Shown here piece by piece: positions 35,207 through 43,685 of a stretch of 53,025 nucleotides of DNA. Source of the DNA: a virus (taxonomy: Duplodnaviria; Caudoviricetes); the IMG/VR virus record IMGVR_UViG_3300029787_000071, positions 1 through 53,025 of that record; one strand, 5' to 3'. The notes below the pieces were generated by a model. It had not been told where the DNA came from. It ran no database searches and saw nothing but the letters and a program-made list of their open reading frames with translations. A program made the translations under genes and the position numbers. Within the stretch, counting starts at the first letter, position 1. The number at the start of each line of letters is the position of its first letter.

Positions 35207-37112
35207 TTACTTTCCAACAGATTACCAAGAGTTTATTCATCTGTCACGTTATGCACGTTGGCTTGGGAGTAGGCGTGAAACTTGGGCAGAGACTGTGGAG
35301 CGATACTTTGAGTTCATGCAACACACCATGAAGGACAAGTATGGACACACAATCCCTAACAGAAAAGAACTTGAAGAGGCTGTTCTTAGCCTTCAGGTAA
35401 TGCCCTCTATGAGAGCTTTAATGACTTCAGGGTTAGCCCTAGAACGTGACAACACTGCTGGCTACAACTGCTCATACATTCCTGTAGACTCGGCCCGTGC
35501 ATTTGATGAAATACTGTATGTTCTCATGTGTGGCACTGGTGTAGGCTTTTCTGCAGAGAGGCAGTACACCGCAAACTTGCCAACGGTGAACGAACACTTT
35601 GAAGAGACTGAAACAACCATCGTTGTACAGGATAGTAAGGCAGGATGGGCTAGGGGCCTCCGTGAGTTGATTGCGTGTCTCTACGCTGGTCAGGTGCCAA
35701 AATGGGACTTATCGCGTCTACGCCCCGCTGGAGCGCGTTTAAAGACGTTTGGCGGTAGATCGTCTGGTCCAGCGCCTCTTGATGACCTTCTTAAATTTAC
35801 AGTAAATCTGTTTAAGAATGCTGCGGGTAGGCAGCTATCACCGCTAGAATGTCACGATCTTGTGTGCAAAATAGCTAGTGTAATTGTTGTAGGTGGTGTG
35901 CGTAGGTCAGCACTAATCTCTCTATCTGATCTTAACTCAAACAGAATGCGAGTTGCTAAATCAGGTGATTGGTTTAGAGACTACCCGCACCGTGGGCTAG
36001 CAAATAACTCTGCAGTTTACTCAGAGCGCCCTGACATGAACACGTTCTTAAAAGAGTGGTACTCGTTGTATGAGTCAAAGTCTGGAGAGAGAGGTATTTT
36101 TAATCGTGAATCAGCACAAAACAAAGTGGCTAGTATTGGTCGTCGTGATCCTGATCATGAGTTTGGAACTAACCCTTGCTCTGAAATTATTCTACGCCCC
36201 TACCAGTTCTGCAACCTCACAGAAGTAGTTGTCAGGGCTGAAGATACAGTAACAAGCCTTACCAAGAAGATTGAGTGGGCCACACAGCTTGGCACCTATC
36301 AGTCCTGCCTCACTGACTTCAAATATCTGAGAAAGATATGGAAGCAGAACACGGAAGAAGAAAGGCTGTTAGGAGTTAGTCTTACAGGCATACTAGACAA
36401 TGAAATGCTATCGACTAACAACTGTATGCTTACAGACATGTTGGTTGGTTTCAGACAGATAGCCGTCAAGACAAATGAGAAGCTGTCTAAGAACATAGGA
36501 ATAAATGCCTCTACAGCTATCACTTGTGTAAAACCATCAGGTACAGTGTCACAGTTAGTCGATAGTGCGTCTGGCATCCACCCCCGGCACAGCGAGTACT
36601 ACATTCGCACTGTCCGTGGTGATAACAAAGACCCGCTAACACAGTTTATGATACAGTCTGGTATTCCTGCAGAACCTGCAATCGGCAATGAAGACAACAT
36701 GACTGTATTCTCATTCCCTGTAAGATCACCAAAGGGCGCATTGACCCGTGATAGCTTAACAGCGGTAGAACATCTGGAGTTGTGGAAGACATATGCAGAA
36801 AGCTGGTGTGAGCATAAACCTTCTATCACCATCTCTGTAAAGGAGGACGAGTGGCTTGAGGTCGGTGATTGGGTGTACAAGAACTTTGACCACATCTCTG
36901 GTGTATCGTTCCTGCCTCACTCGGATCACACGTACCAACAGGCACCGTACACTGACTGTAGTAAAGAAGAGTATGAGAGTTTAGTAAAGAAGATGCCCGA
37001 TACGATTAACTGGGAAGGGCTAAAAGAAATTGAAATAGAGGACACCACAACGGGTTCTCAAGAACTTAGCTGCACAGGCGAAGTCTGTGAACTTGTAGAC
37101 ATAGGAGTTTAG
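35196..37112 (+). CDS. nrdJ: Class II (adenosylcobalamin-dependent) ribonucleotide reductase
   Basis: PSMR, YNC, GTGVGF, GGVRRSA, TNPCSEI, CNL, TCVKPSGT and C-terminal CTGEVC. No NrdB small subunit is present. Confidence 0.9.
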   Translation: MKNNYFPTDYQEFIHLSRYARWLGSRRETWAETVERYFEFMQHTMKDKYGHTIPNRKELEEAVLSLQVMPSMRALMTSGLALERDNTAGYNCSYIPVDSARAFDEILYVLMCGTGVGFSAERQYTANLPTVNEHFEETETTIVVQDSKAGWARGLRELIACLYAGQVPKWDLSRLRPAGARLKTFGGRSSGPAPLDDLLKFTVNLFKNAAGRQLSPLECHDLVCKIASVIVVGGVRRSALISLSDLNSNRMRVAKSGDWFRDYPHRGLANNSAVYSERPDMNTFLKEWYSLYESKSGERGIFNRESAQNKVASIGRRDPDHEFGTNPCSEIILRPYQFCNLTEVVVRAEDTVTSLTKKIEWATQLGTYQSCLTDFKYLRKIWKQNTEEERLLGVSLTGILDNEMLSTNNCMLTDMLVGFRQIAVKTNEKLSKNIGINASTAITCVKPSGTVSQLVDSASGIHPRHSEYYIRTVRGDNKDPLTQFMIQSGIPAEPAIGNEDNMTVFSFPVRSPKGALTRDSLTAVEHLELWKTYAESWCEHKPSITISVKEDEWLEVGDWVYKNFDHISGVSFLPHSDHTYQQAPYTDCSKEEYESLVKKMPDTINWEGLKEIEIEDTTTGSQELSCTGEVCELVDIGV

Positions 37113-37119
37113 TGTAAAC

Positions 37120-37437
37120 ATGTTACCTATGTACAATCCTTTTTACTATAAACCTCTACCTGAAGAGATAACAATAAAAGAAAGTGACATAGAAGGTCTT
37201 GGTATTTTTGCAGTGGTGGATATAGAAAAAGATGTAGACTTAGGTATGACACACATAAAAGTTCCTATGTTTAGTGGTCTTATCAGAACTCCCATCGGTG
37301 GCTTTTTAAATCACTCAGATGATTATAACTGTGAGTTAAATATGTTACATGATTGGGATGACTGCCAGATATACAATCTCTTTACCACATGTGAAATAGA
37401 AGAAGGTGAAGAATTAACTTTAGATTACAGTATATGA
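37120..37437 (+). CDS. SET-domain protein (putative lysine methyltransferase)
   Basis: SDIEGLGIFA, FLNHSDDYNC and IEEGEELTLDY are the SET signature motifs. Confidence 0.85.
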   Translation: MLPMYNPFYYKPLPEEITIKESDIEGLGIFAVVDIEKDVDLGMTHIKVPMFSGLIRTPIGGFLNHSDDYNCELNMLHDWDDCQIYNLFTTCEIEEGEELTLDYSI

Positions 37438-37919
37438 TAAAAGAAATCCAGATAACTGAGGAGATGCGTCAAAAGGCGGATCACAAAGCTTTCATGCTAG
37501 GTGAGTTAAACAACTCTATACTGCGTGGAAACGGTTCTCATTCTGGATATCTTGGGGAGATGATAGCCGTAAGCGTTCTGGGTGGTGAGGCATCAAACAC
37601 CTTTGATTACGATATTATTCTTGATGACGGCACAAGAGTTGATGTGAAGACTAAGAGAACTTCATCTCCCCCACTACCCTATTACTCCTGTTCAGTTGCT
37701 AAGTTCAATACTAAGCAGGACTGTGATGGTTACGCCTTTGTAAGAATAAAGTATGATTTGTCTGTTGGCTGGTACTTAGGATACATAGGTAAAAAAGACT
37801 TTTTCCGAAGAGCCACAGAACATAAGAAGGGAGAACATGACCCTAGTAACGGGTTCGTGTTTAGAGCAGACTGTTACAATCTGCCAATACAAGACTTAGA
37901 GAGTTATAATGTCAACTAA
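37434..37919 (+). CDS. Hypothetical protein, PD-(D/E)XK-like fold
   Basis: GYLGE..DYD..VDVKTK. Confidence 0.6.
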   Translation: MIKEIQITEEMRQKADHKAFMLGELNNSILRGNGSHSGYLGEMIAVSVLGGEASNTFDYDIILDDGTRVDVKTKRTSSPPLPYYSCSVAKFNTKQDCDGYAFVRIKYDLSVGWYLGYIGKKDFFRRATEHKKGEHDPSNGFVFRADCYNLPIQDLESYNVN

Positions 37920-38136
37920 ACGTGACGCTCTGCTGTACAAGATGTCAGTATCTCTGACACAGGACGGCAACGTAGCGATTGATTTTGAGGGGCCTCCGTC
38001 AAAAAAAGATATAGAAGAAGCGTTTGATGGTTGGAACCCCGACTTTGAAAACACAAAAAAAATAGTCTCGCTGGTGGAATACCTACGAGACTATAGTGAT
38101 AGACAGTACGAAGATTTAAAAAGCTTTATTTTTTAG
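37909..38136 (+). CDS. Hypothetical protein
   Basis: 75 aa, last gene of the plus arm; converges on the spanin gene. Confidence 0.6.
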   Translation: MSTKRDALLYKMSVSLTQDGNVAIDFEGPPSKKDIEEAFDGWNPDFENTKKIVSLVEYLRDYSDRQYEDLKSFIF

Positions 38137-38527
38137 GCGGCTCTTTTTTCTCTTTTGGTTTAATTGCTTTCTCATAGTAGACTATGAGTTCTTGCTGTTG
38201 TTGTATATATCTTTTTAGTTCCGCCATGTTGAGTGCTAGAGTTTCGTAGTCTCGCACACTCACAGCGTAAAATACTAAGTCGCCATTCTCTTTCTCAAAT
38301 TTCTTTTTGAAAGCATCGAAGTTCCTGTCTGTAACCACATAGAAATATATGTCGTTCAGGCTAACACTCTTTGGTCTAGCCTGTGCAGGAATCTTTCTTT
38401 CTACCTCAATCGTTTTTACTTCTAGGGGCAGAACTTTCTTGAAGCTGCTGCACCCCGTCGCTAGCAGTAGCAGGAGGGGTAGCACCAGAAAGAACTTCCA
38501 GTGACTCAAAAAGTTTCTTTGTTCCAT
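38126..38527 (-). CDS. Outer-membrane spanin (Rz1-like lipoprotein)
   Basis: Lipobox LLLATG-C; overlaps the i-spanin 3' end in another frame. Confidence 0.75.
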   Translation of the reverse strand: MEQRNFLSHWKFFLVLPLLLLLATGCSSFKKVLPLEVKTIEVERKIPAQARPKSVSLNDIYFYVVTDRNFDAFKKKFEKENGDLVFYAVSVRDYETLALNMAELKRYIQQQQELIVYYEKAIKPKEKKEPPKK

Positions 38528-38855
38528 TGTTTATCTTCTTCTCTACAAGTTGTGGCTTTTTCAAACTAAGGACTAATAGGTTGTGCTTACGTAGCTTGCC
38601 TATCAGCGTGTCTCTGTAATCATTAGCCGCCTGTAGTTTTTTCTGCAGATCGTTGTTCAGTTCTTCAAACTTCTGACGATCCTCAATCATAGCGTTGATA
38701 GTATCATCCTGCAGTTGCTTTGCAGTCTCTAGCTTGGCATTGTTCTCAGTGAGCGTCTGTATGCGCTCCTGAGTATCTTTGTAAAAGTAGTATCCGCCGT
38801 AGCCAACACCGCCGACTAATCCAAGCACGACTATTAGTATGTAGATTTTAATCAC
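38406..38855 (-). CDS. Inner-membrane spanin (Rz-like)
   Basis: N-terminal TM segment followed by a long coiled coil. Confidence 0.75.
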   Translation of the reverse strand: MIKIYILIVVLGLVGGVGYGGYYFYKDTQERIQTLTENNAKLETAKQLQDDTINAMIEDRQKFEELNNDLQKKLQAANDYRDTLIGKLRKHNLLVLSLKKPQLVEKKINNGTKKLFESLEVLSGATPPATASDGVQQLQESSAPRSKND

Positions 38856-39166
38856 TTCTTAGCACTCATGTATGCGGTCATTCCCATGTACGCTCCAACC
38901 ACACCTGCCTGTCCAATGTAGAAAAGCCCAAACAGGTCGGAAAGTGCTTTGATCCTTGCATCGGGAAAGATAGGTAGAAACACAAGCGCAGTGAAGACTA
39001 TCATGGATACCATAGCTACCCAAGCCATCTTTTTCTGCGCTTCCATCTTTTCTTTTTGTTCTAGAGCTTCCATCACGGCTAGCTCATTATCACTCACTAC
39101 GCCATCATTGTCTAGGTCCAGAGCGTTGTACTCGCTGTCTGGCTCCAACTTCTTTTGTTCTCCCAT
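38852..39166 (-). CDS. Holin-like membrane protein with EF-hand-like loop
   Basis: DLDNDGVVSDNE followed by two TM segments; sits next to the spanins. Confidence 0.55.
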   Translation of the reverse strand: MGEQKKLEPDSEYNALDLDNDGVVSDNELAVMEALEQKEKMEAQKKMAWVAMVSMIVFTALVFLPIFPDARIKALSDLFGLFYIGQAGVVGAYMGMTAYMSAKK

Positions 39167-39350
39167 GTGACACCTCTACCGTTTCAATTACGGCTTCTAT
39201 GTTGTCGTGCCAGTGGTTAAGAAACTTATGCACTCTTGGATACTCAGGTACGACATCGTTTAGCTGCCACATAAATTCTTGCAGTATATTGTTGTAGTCT
39301 GGCATCCAATAGTACACTCTTAAAACCACTGGCTGTATTTTTATGATCAT
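39105..39350 (-). CDS. usg: Usg-family protein
   Basis: YWMPDY..LQEFMWQ..D..PEYP..HKFL..W...IEA matches the Usg pattern. Confidence 0.7.
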   Translation of the reverse strand: MIIKIQPVVLRVYYWMPDYNNILQEFMWQLNDVVPEYPRVHKFLNHWHDNIEAVIETVEVSHGRTKEVGARQRVQRSGPRQ

Positions 39351-39520
39351 TTAAGAATTTGATTTTTAGCCTTTAGAATGTTCATTCCCAGACCGTTGAT
39401 TGTGCTTAGAATGGCCTGTACCTTTTTATTGTCAGATTCGTTGGGCGTGATAGCTGCGAGAATGGAGAAGCCTCCAAACACCGCAAGGGCTAGCACGATG
39501 ATAGTAATAATTAGTTCCAT
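39347..39520 (-). CDS. 57-aa holin-like membrane protein (not in ORF track)
   Basis: MELIITIIVLALAVFGGFSILAAITPNESDNKKVQAILSTINGLGMNILKAKN..; RBS AGGAG. Confidence 0.6.
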   Translation of the reverse strand: MELIITIIVLALAVFGGFSILAAITPNESDNKKVQAILSTINGLGMNILKAKNQILK

Positions 39521-39522
39521 GT

Positions 39523-42500
39523 TTATCTCCTAAATCTATCAAGTTCTAGTTGTCTAATTTGTTCACTTGTCTTTTCTTTTTTCTGCATATTTTCGTGGTA
39601 GCCAATCGCGTTCAGCACCACCGTAAATACATCTTTGCTATATTTTCTAGCCTCTTCCCCTTCAGTTTCAATAATGTCAATCACAGCATCTACCATCTTT
39701 GGGTCGCTAAGAATGCGAGACATTGCTTGTGCCTTCTTCTTCCGCAGACTAAGCAGAGCAACTTCTGTGGCCACGTACTTAGGACTAATCACTCCGCGAG
39801 ATATGCTGTACGCACGAGACAACAAAGATTCTACAGACAGGCCCCGTGGAGTCTGTATCTGTATGCCAGATTCTCTAAGCTTTGCTGTAAGATCACGATT
39901 AAAGATAGACATGGCATCAGCCATACGATCAATACTTTTGAAAGTATCAGCACCAACAATATTTTTTATGTTGTTTGACACGCTGGGGTCTTTTACAAAG
40001 TTTAGGAAAGCTTGATGATCAAAGTCACGGGCGTACTGTCCCGGTCTAATCTCTCTCATGTCTCCATACGTAGCCTTTGCCAGCGATTCAACCGTAAGAT
40101 CAGAGAATAGTTTTCTAGCCTCTGCTTCACTCTTGTTCATACTCTTAGCTATCTGAGGCAGTAGGGTATCGAACCTCTGCTGGCCCTGCGGGTCAGTGAT
40201 AAAGAACTGCAAGAACCTGTCGTAGTTTCGTACATCCCGCGCACCCTCTTGCGTGGGAGTGTTTCTCAAAACCTCTTTCAAGAAGTTCTCACGCAGATTA
40301 AAGTCATTCCTGACCGAAGTGGCTGCACGTTTAGCTGAAGCCTCCACATCCTTTTGTGCTTTTTTGAGTAGATCAGTCCCGCCAAAGAAGTTATCAACAG
40401 CAAGGTTGTACTGTACAACACGGTCCTTATCTATCAGTCCTTCTCTCTCAAGTGCATCTAGGGCAGCACTAGATAGCTTTGAACCAGTTATGCCTTGAGC
40501 TTTTTGTAATGCTCGGCCTTGTGATATCTTAGAAAGATCGCCAAGAGGAGCTTCACCTGCTACATCTGCAACAGCCTCTCTAGCACCGCGAACAGTTTTG
40601 AGATCGTTTATGTGTCGAGCAAGAAGATCATTCATTATATTTTTTACAATCTTCTTACCTTTGCTGCTGAGAACATACTCGCCCGTGTCTGAGTAATATC
40701 CACCAAAAGTTTTCTTTACCTGATCAACTATGTCTGCACCAAACTGGCTGTCTCCGTTCATGATCCTCTTCATGTCAAGCCACTTAACAGGAGCCTCTGA
40801 AGTTGCAGGGTTATCGACCTTAAATCCAAGAGCGTTGCCAGATCGGTCCCTGTAGCGTCTAACTACATTGTTTAGCCAGTACTCTTTCGCCTGTCTTAGC
40901 CTACCCGATAGCTCTGGGAAGCCACTCTCATCCACTGTCTCTACGACGCTTTCAGCTAACTCAGCCATACGAGAGGCGTTTGCTCTTTCTTTACCGTACA
41001 GATTTCTAGAAGCTTTTGAGAAACCAGAGGATAGTTTTTGAATGTCAGTCATACCTACTTTGATGGAGAGTTCTGGTAGATCTTCTACGTCAGCAATCTC
41101 TCTCATAATTATAAACACATCAAAGTCGGACAGCCTCTCTCCCTTATCAGCGTATTCTTTTTGAAAGAAAGCTCTCACATCATAATAGCTTATTCCTCTC
41201 TCTGCATCATACTCAAACTCTGTCTCATCCATAGCATCTTGTATAACATCTTTTAACCTTGTATTTTCTTCAAGAGCTTTCTGTGCAGTAACTTTACCCT
41301 CTACATTTGAGAAGCCTTCAAGAGTGCCAGCGTTTGATAGCCGTCTGTTACCAAGCCTCTGCAGAAGCTTTGATGAACCAGTGTAAGGAATTACGTTAGT
41401 GTAGGCGTCATCGCCGTACAGACCACGCAGCCAATCTGTGATATCAACCTCTACACCTGCATTATCTAAATCTGAAAAGCGTTTGCTAGACTTTGCCAGT
41501 ATGTCCGCTCTTCTATGCCTAGCGTAAGCAGCTAAAGTATCACCTGCAGCTTCAGCGTTGGTCTGATATTGTTCTGGCTCAAGAAAACTATTTAAGAACT
41601 TTACAAGATCAGTCTCTACTTCTTCTACAGTTCTTTCAGTTTGTCTTAAAACTTCTGTCCCTGCCTCTTGAAGCGTTGCAACACCGCCCGTCTCAGGCTG
41701 TCTCAAACCAGCAAGACCGGGATCAGTGCCGTATACATCTTTATCTAGATAGCGCGAATCTAAGATTGCTTCTATAACATTGTCTAAAGCTTCTTTGTCT
41801 TCAACATTCTGCACAACAGCCGGATTAGATACTCTGTCCAGTAACTCTTGAACAAAGCCGTCTACTTCATTCTTGCTACGGCCAATTGCGTCAGTCTGTT
41901 CTGCAGCCGCATTACGCATCACAGCTACAAACGCATTGAACTTATCATTCTGCACACCAGCTTGATTTGCTGCCCCTGCTAGGTTATCTAACAAACCACG
42001 GAACTCACTTAGCTGCTGATTAATTTGATCTTCATTTTTGAGAAGAACCTCTAGCTCTTTATCAATCTTGCCTATGCCTTTTGACAGGTCAAGCTTATAC
42101 GTAGAGATGGTGTTCTTCATCATCATCAGAGGTATTAGCCCTGTAGCCTTACCCATCGTAGTCTCAAGAACTTCAGGGTCTACACCCGCATCTACCAGAT
42201 CATTCCTGACTTCTCCAAAGAACTTTAGCTGCCTGTAAACATTCTCTCTAGCCTCTACTGGCAGGGAGCGAATGAAAAAACCAAAGTCTTTAAGGGCTTG
42301 CTGATCTTTCTTGGGCAGGTCGCTCAGTCCTGTGATAAACCCTTTCTGAGCAAGCTCACGAACTTGATCATCACTCAAGGCACCGATACTGCTACCAAGC
42401 CCAGCTATGAGTGACCCTGCACCTCTAGCTGTGCCAGAGGCTACATCATACAGCTTGCTAAAGCCGACCACAGAGAAGATGCCGCCACCAAGTGCGCCAA

Positions 42501-43683
42501 ACAATGCTCCATACTCTTCACCAAAAACATTACCTGCAATGATAGAGCCAGTTATCGCTCCTGCCTCTGTAATCGGTATTTCAATAAGCTCTTTTGGTAT
42601 AGTATTTACACGCTCAGATCGGGCTAGTCGTAGTGCAGCCTCTTCTCTAGCTAACAGGTCTTTGTCGCCTTTGGTTCTAGCAGTGCGAACTTTGTTTCTT
42701 GCAGCTTCAATTTTTCTATTAGCCTCAACAAAACGAGTAGGCATTTGTTTGAGACGCACGTTAGCTGCTACACGCCTGCCGTACAGTGTTTTGCGTATGC
42801 CACCTAGCTTCAGCGCATTGGCTATAGGAAATACAGCATCATCCATCATTTTGAGAGTAACGTCTCTGATCTCGTCTTCAGATGCTTTTAGTACAGACTT
42901 TCCTAGATTATCCTCAAACTCCTTAATTAGCTTTTTACTGCCCCTTGAGAAGAACTTTACACCCGCTGCAGTGACGCCTACAAACTCAGGAATGGCACGA
43001 ACCACCTGTTCTGTAACGGTAGCCTCTGGACGCCAATACCCTGTAATCTCATCTGCCTCTCGCTCACTAATAGTGCCGACCTGACCAGCAAGACGATCAA
43101 CAACGCCTTTTACAAACTCCCCTTCGTTTTTTAACTCAGGAGAATCTTCAAACACTTTGTAAGTTGTAGCGAGCGCAGCACCGGCCATGCTTCTGCCTTC
43201 TTTTTCACGAAGCCTGTCGTAATAGTCCTCATACTTTTTTGAGTCGTACAGGGTCTGCTTTTTAGTTAGCAGAGACTCGCCAAGGAAGTCTGTCTGTTGA
43301 TTGGCATCCGTTACTCTATCTATACCCACTCTTAAAGTATTAGCAACACCAACAATATTATCTACAAAAAACTTACCAATTGAGAAACCAGTGCGAGCTA
43401 ATCCTAGAGTATCTTCCTCACCCGGAAGTCTTTCAATAGCACGTTCAATGTCTGTAGCCCTTTGAGTTAGCTGATCAACATCCGTTATTTGCGGAGGACC
43501 ACCAGTTTCTGCAGCCTGTCCCTGATAAGCGCGTAGAAGCCCTGCAGCTATGTCACCCACATCCTCCGTGTCTTCACTGATGGTTCTAGCTTCAACAGTG
43601 GATCGAAGGTCTTGAGACAGATTAATTGGCTTAGGAGCTAGCGTTTGCTCTTCTGTATCGTCACTTAATGAAATTTCTACCAT
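39523..43683 (-). CDS. Large internal virion (ejection) protein
   Basis: 1386 aa, helical, last of a series of large genes after the tail genes, as in podovirus ejectosome modules. Confidence 0.7.
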   Translation of the reverse strand: MVEISLSDDTEEQTLAPKPINLSQDLRSTVEARTISEDTEDVGDIAAGLLRAYQGQAAETGGPPQITDVDQLTQRATDIERAIERLPGEEDTLGLARTGFSIGKFFVDNIVGVANTLRVGIDRVTDANQQTDFLGESLLTKKQTLYDSKKYEDYYDRLREKEGRSMAGAALATTYKVFEDSPELKNEGEFVKGVVDRLAGQVGTISEREADEITGYWRPEATVTEQVVRAIPEFVGVTAAGVKFFSRGSKKLIKEFEDNLGKSVLKASEDEIRDVTLKMMDDAVFPIANALKLGGIRKTLYGRRVAANVRLKQMPTRFVEANRKIEAARNKVRTARTKGDKDLLAREEAALRLARSERVNTIPKELIEIPITEAGAITGSIIAGNVFGEEYGALFGALGGGIFSVVGFSKLYDVASGTARGAGSLIAGLGSSIGALSDDQVRELAQKGFITGLSDLPKKDQQALKDFGFFIRSLPVEARENVYRQLKFFGEVRNDLVDAGVDPEVLETTMGKATGLIPLMMMKNTISTYKLDLSKGIGKIDKELEVLLKNEDQINQQLSEFRGLLDNLAGAANQAGVQNDKFNAFVAVMRNAAAEQTDAIGRSKNEVDGFVQELLDRVSNPAVVQNVEDKEALDNVIEAILDSRYLDKDVYGTDPGLAGLRQPETGGVATLQEAGTEVLRQTERTVEEVETDLVKFLNSFLEPEQYQTNAEAAGDTLAAYARHRRADILAKSSKRFSDLDNAGVEVDITDWLRGLYGDDAYTNVIPYTGSSKLLQRLGNRRLSNAGTLEGFSNVEGKVTAQKALEENTRLKDVIQDAMDETEFEYDAERGISYYDVRAFFQKEYADKGERLSDFDVFIIMREIADVEDLPELSIKVGMTDIQKLSSGFSKASRNLYGKERANASRMAELAESVVETVDESGFPELSGRLRQAKEYWLNNVVRRYRDRSGNALGFKVDNPATSEAPVKWLDMKRIMNGDSQFGADIVDQVKKTFGGYYSDTGEYVLSSKGKKIVKNIMNDLLARHINDLKTVRGAREAVADVAGEAPLGDLSKISQGRALQKAQGITGSKLSSAALDALEREGLIDKDRVVQYNLAVDNFFGGTDLLKKAQKDVEASAKRAATSVRNDFNLRENFLKEVLRNTPTQEGARDVRNYDRFLQFFITDPQGQQRFDTLLPQIAKSMNKSEAEARKLFSDLTVESLAKATYGDMREIRPGQYARDFDHQAFLNFVKDPSVSNNIKNIVGADTFKSIDRMADAMSIFNRDLTAKLRESGIQIQTPRGLSVESLLSRAYSISRGVISPKYVATEVALLSLRKKKAQAMSRILSDPKMVDAVIDIIETEGEEARKYSKDVFTVVLNAIGYHENMQKKEKTSEQIRQLELDRFRR

Positions 43684-43685
43684 GC

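Noticed and set aside
42038-43084. Long plus-strand ORFs opposite structural genes (also about 8629-9012, 13943-14449, 19635-20222, 51292-52605)
   Set aside because: Antisense shadows of well-supported minus-strand genes, with no RBS or protein motifs.
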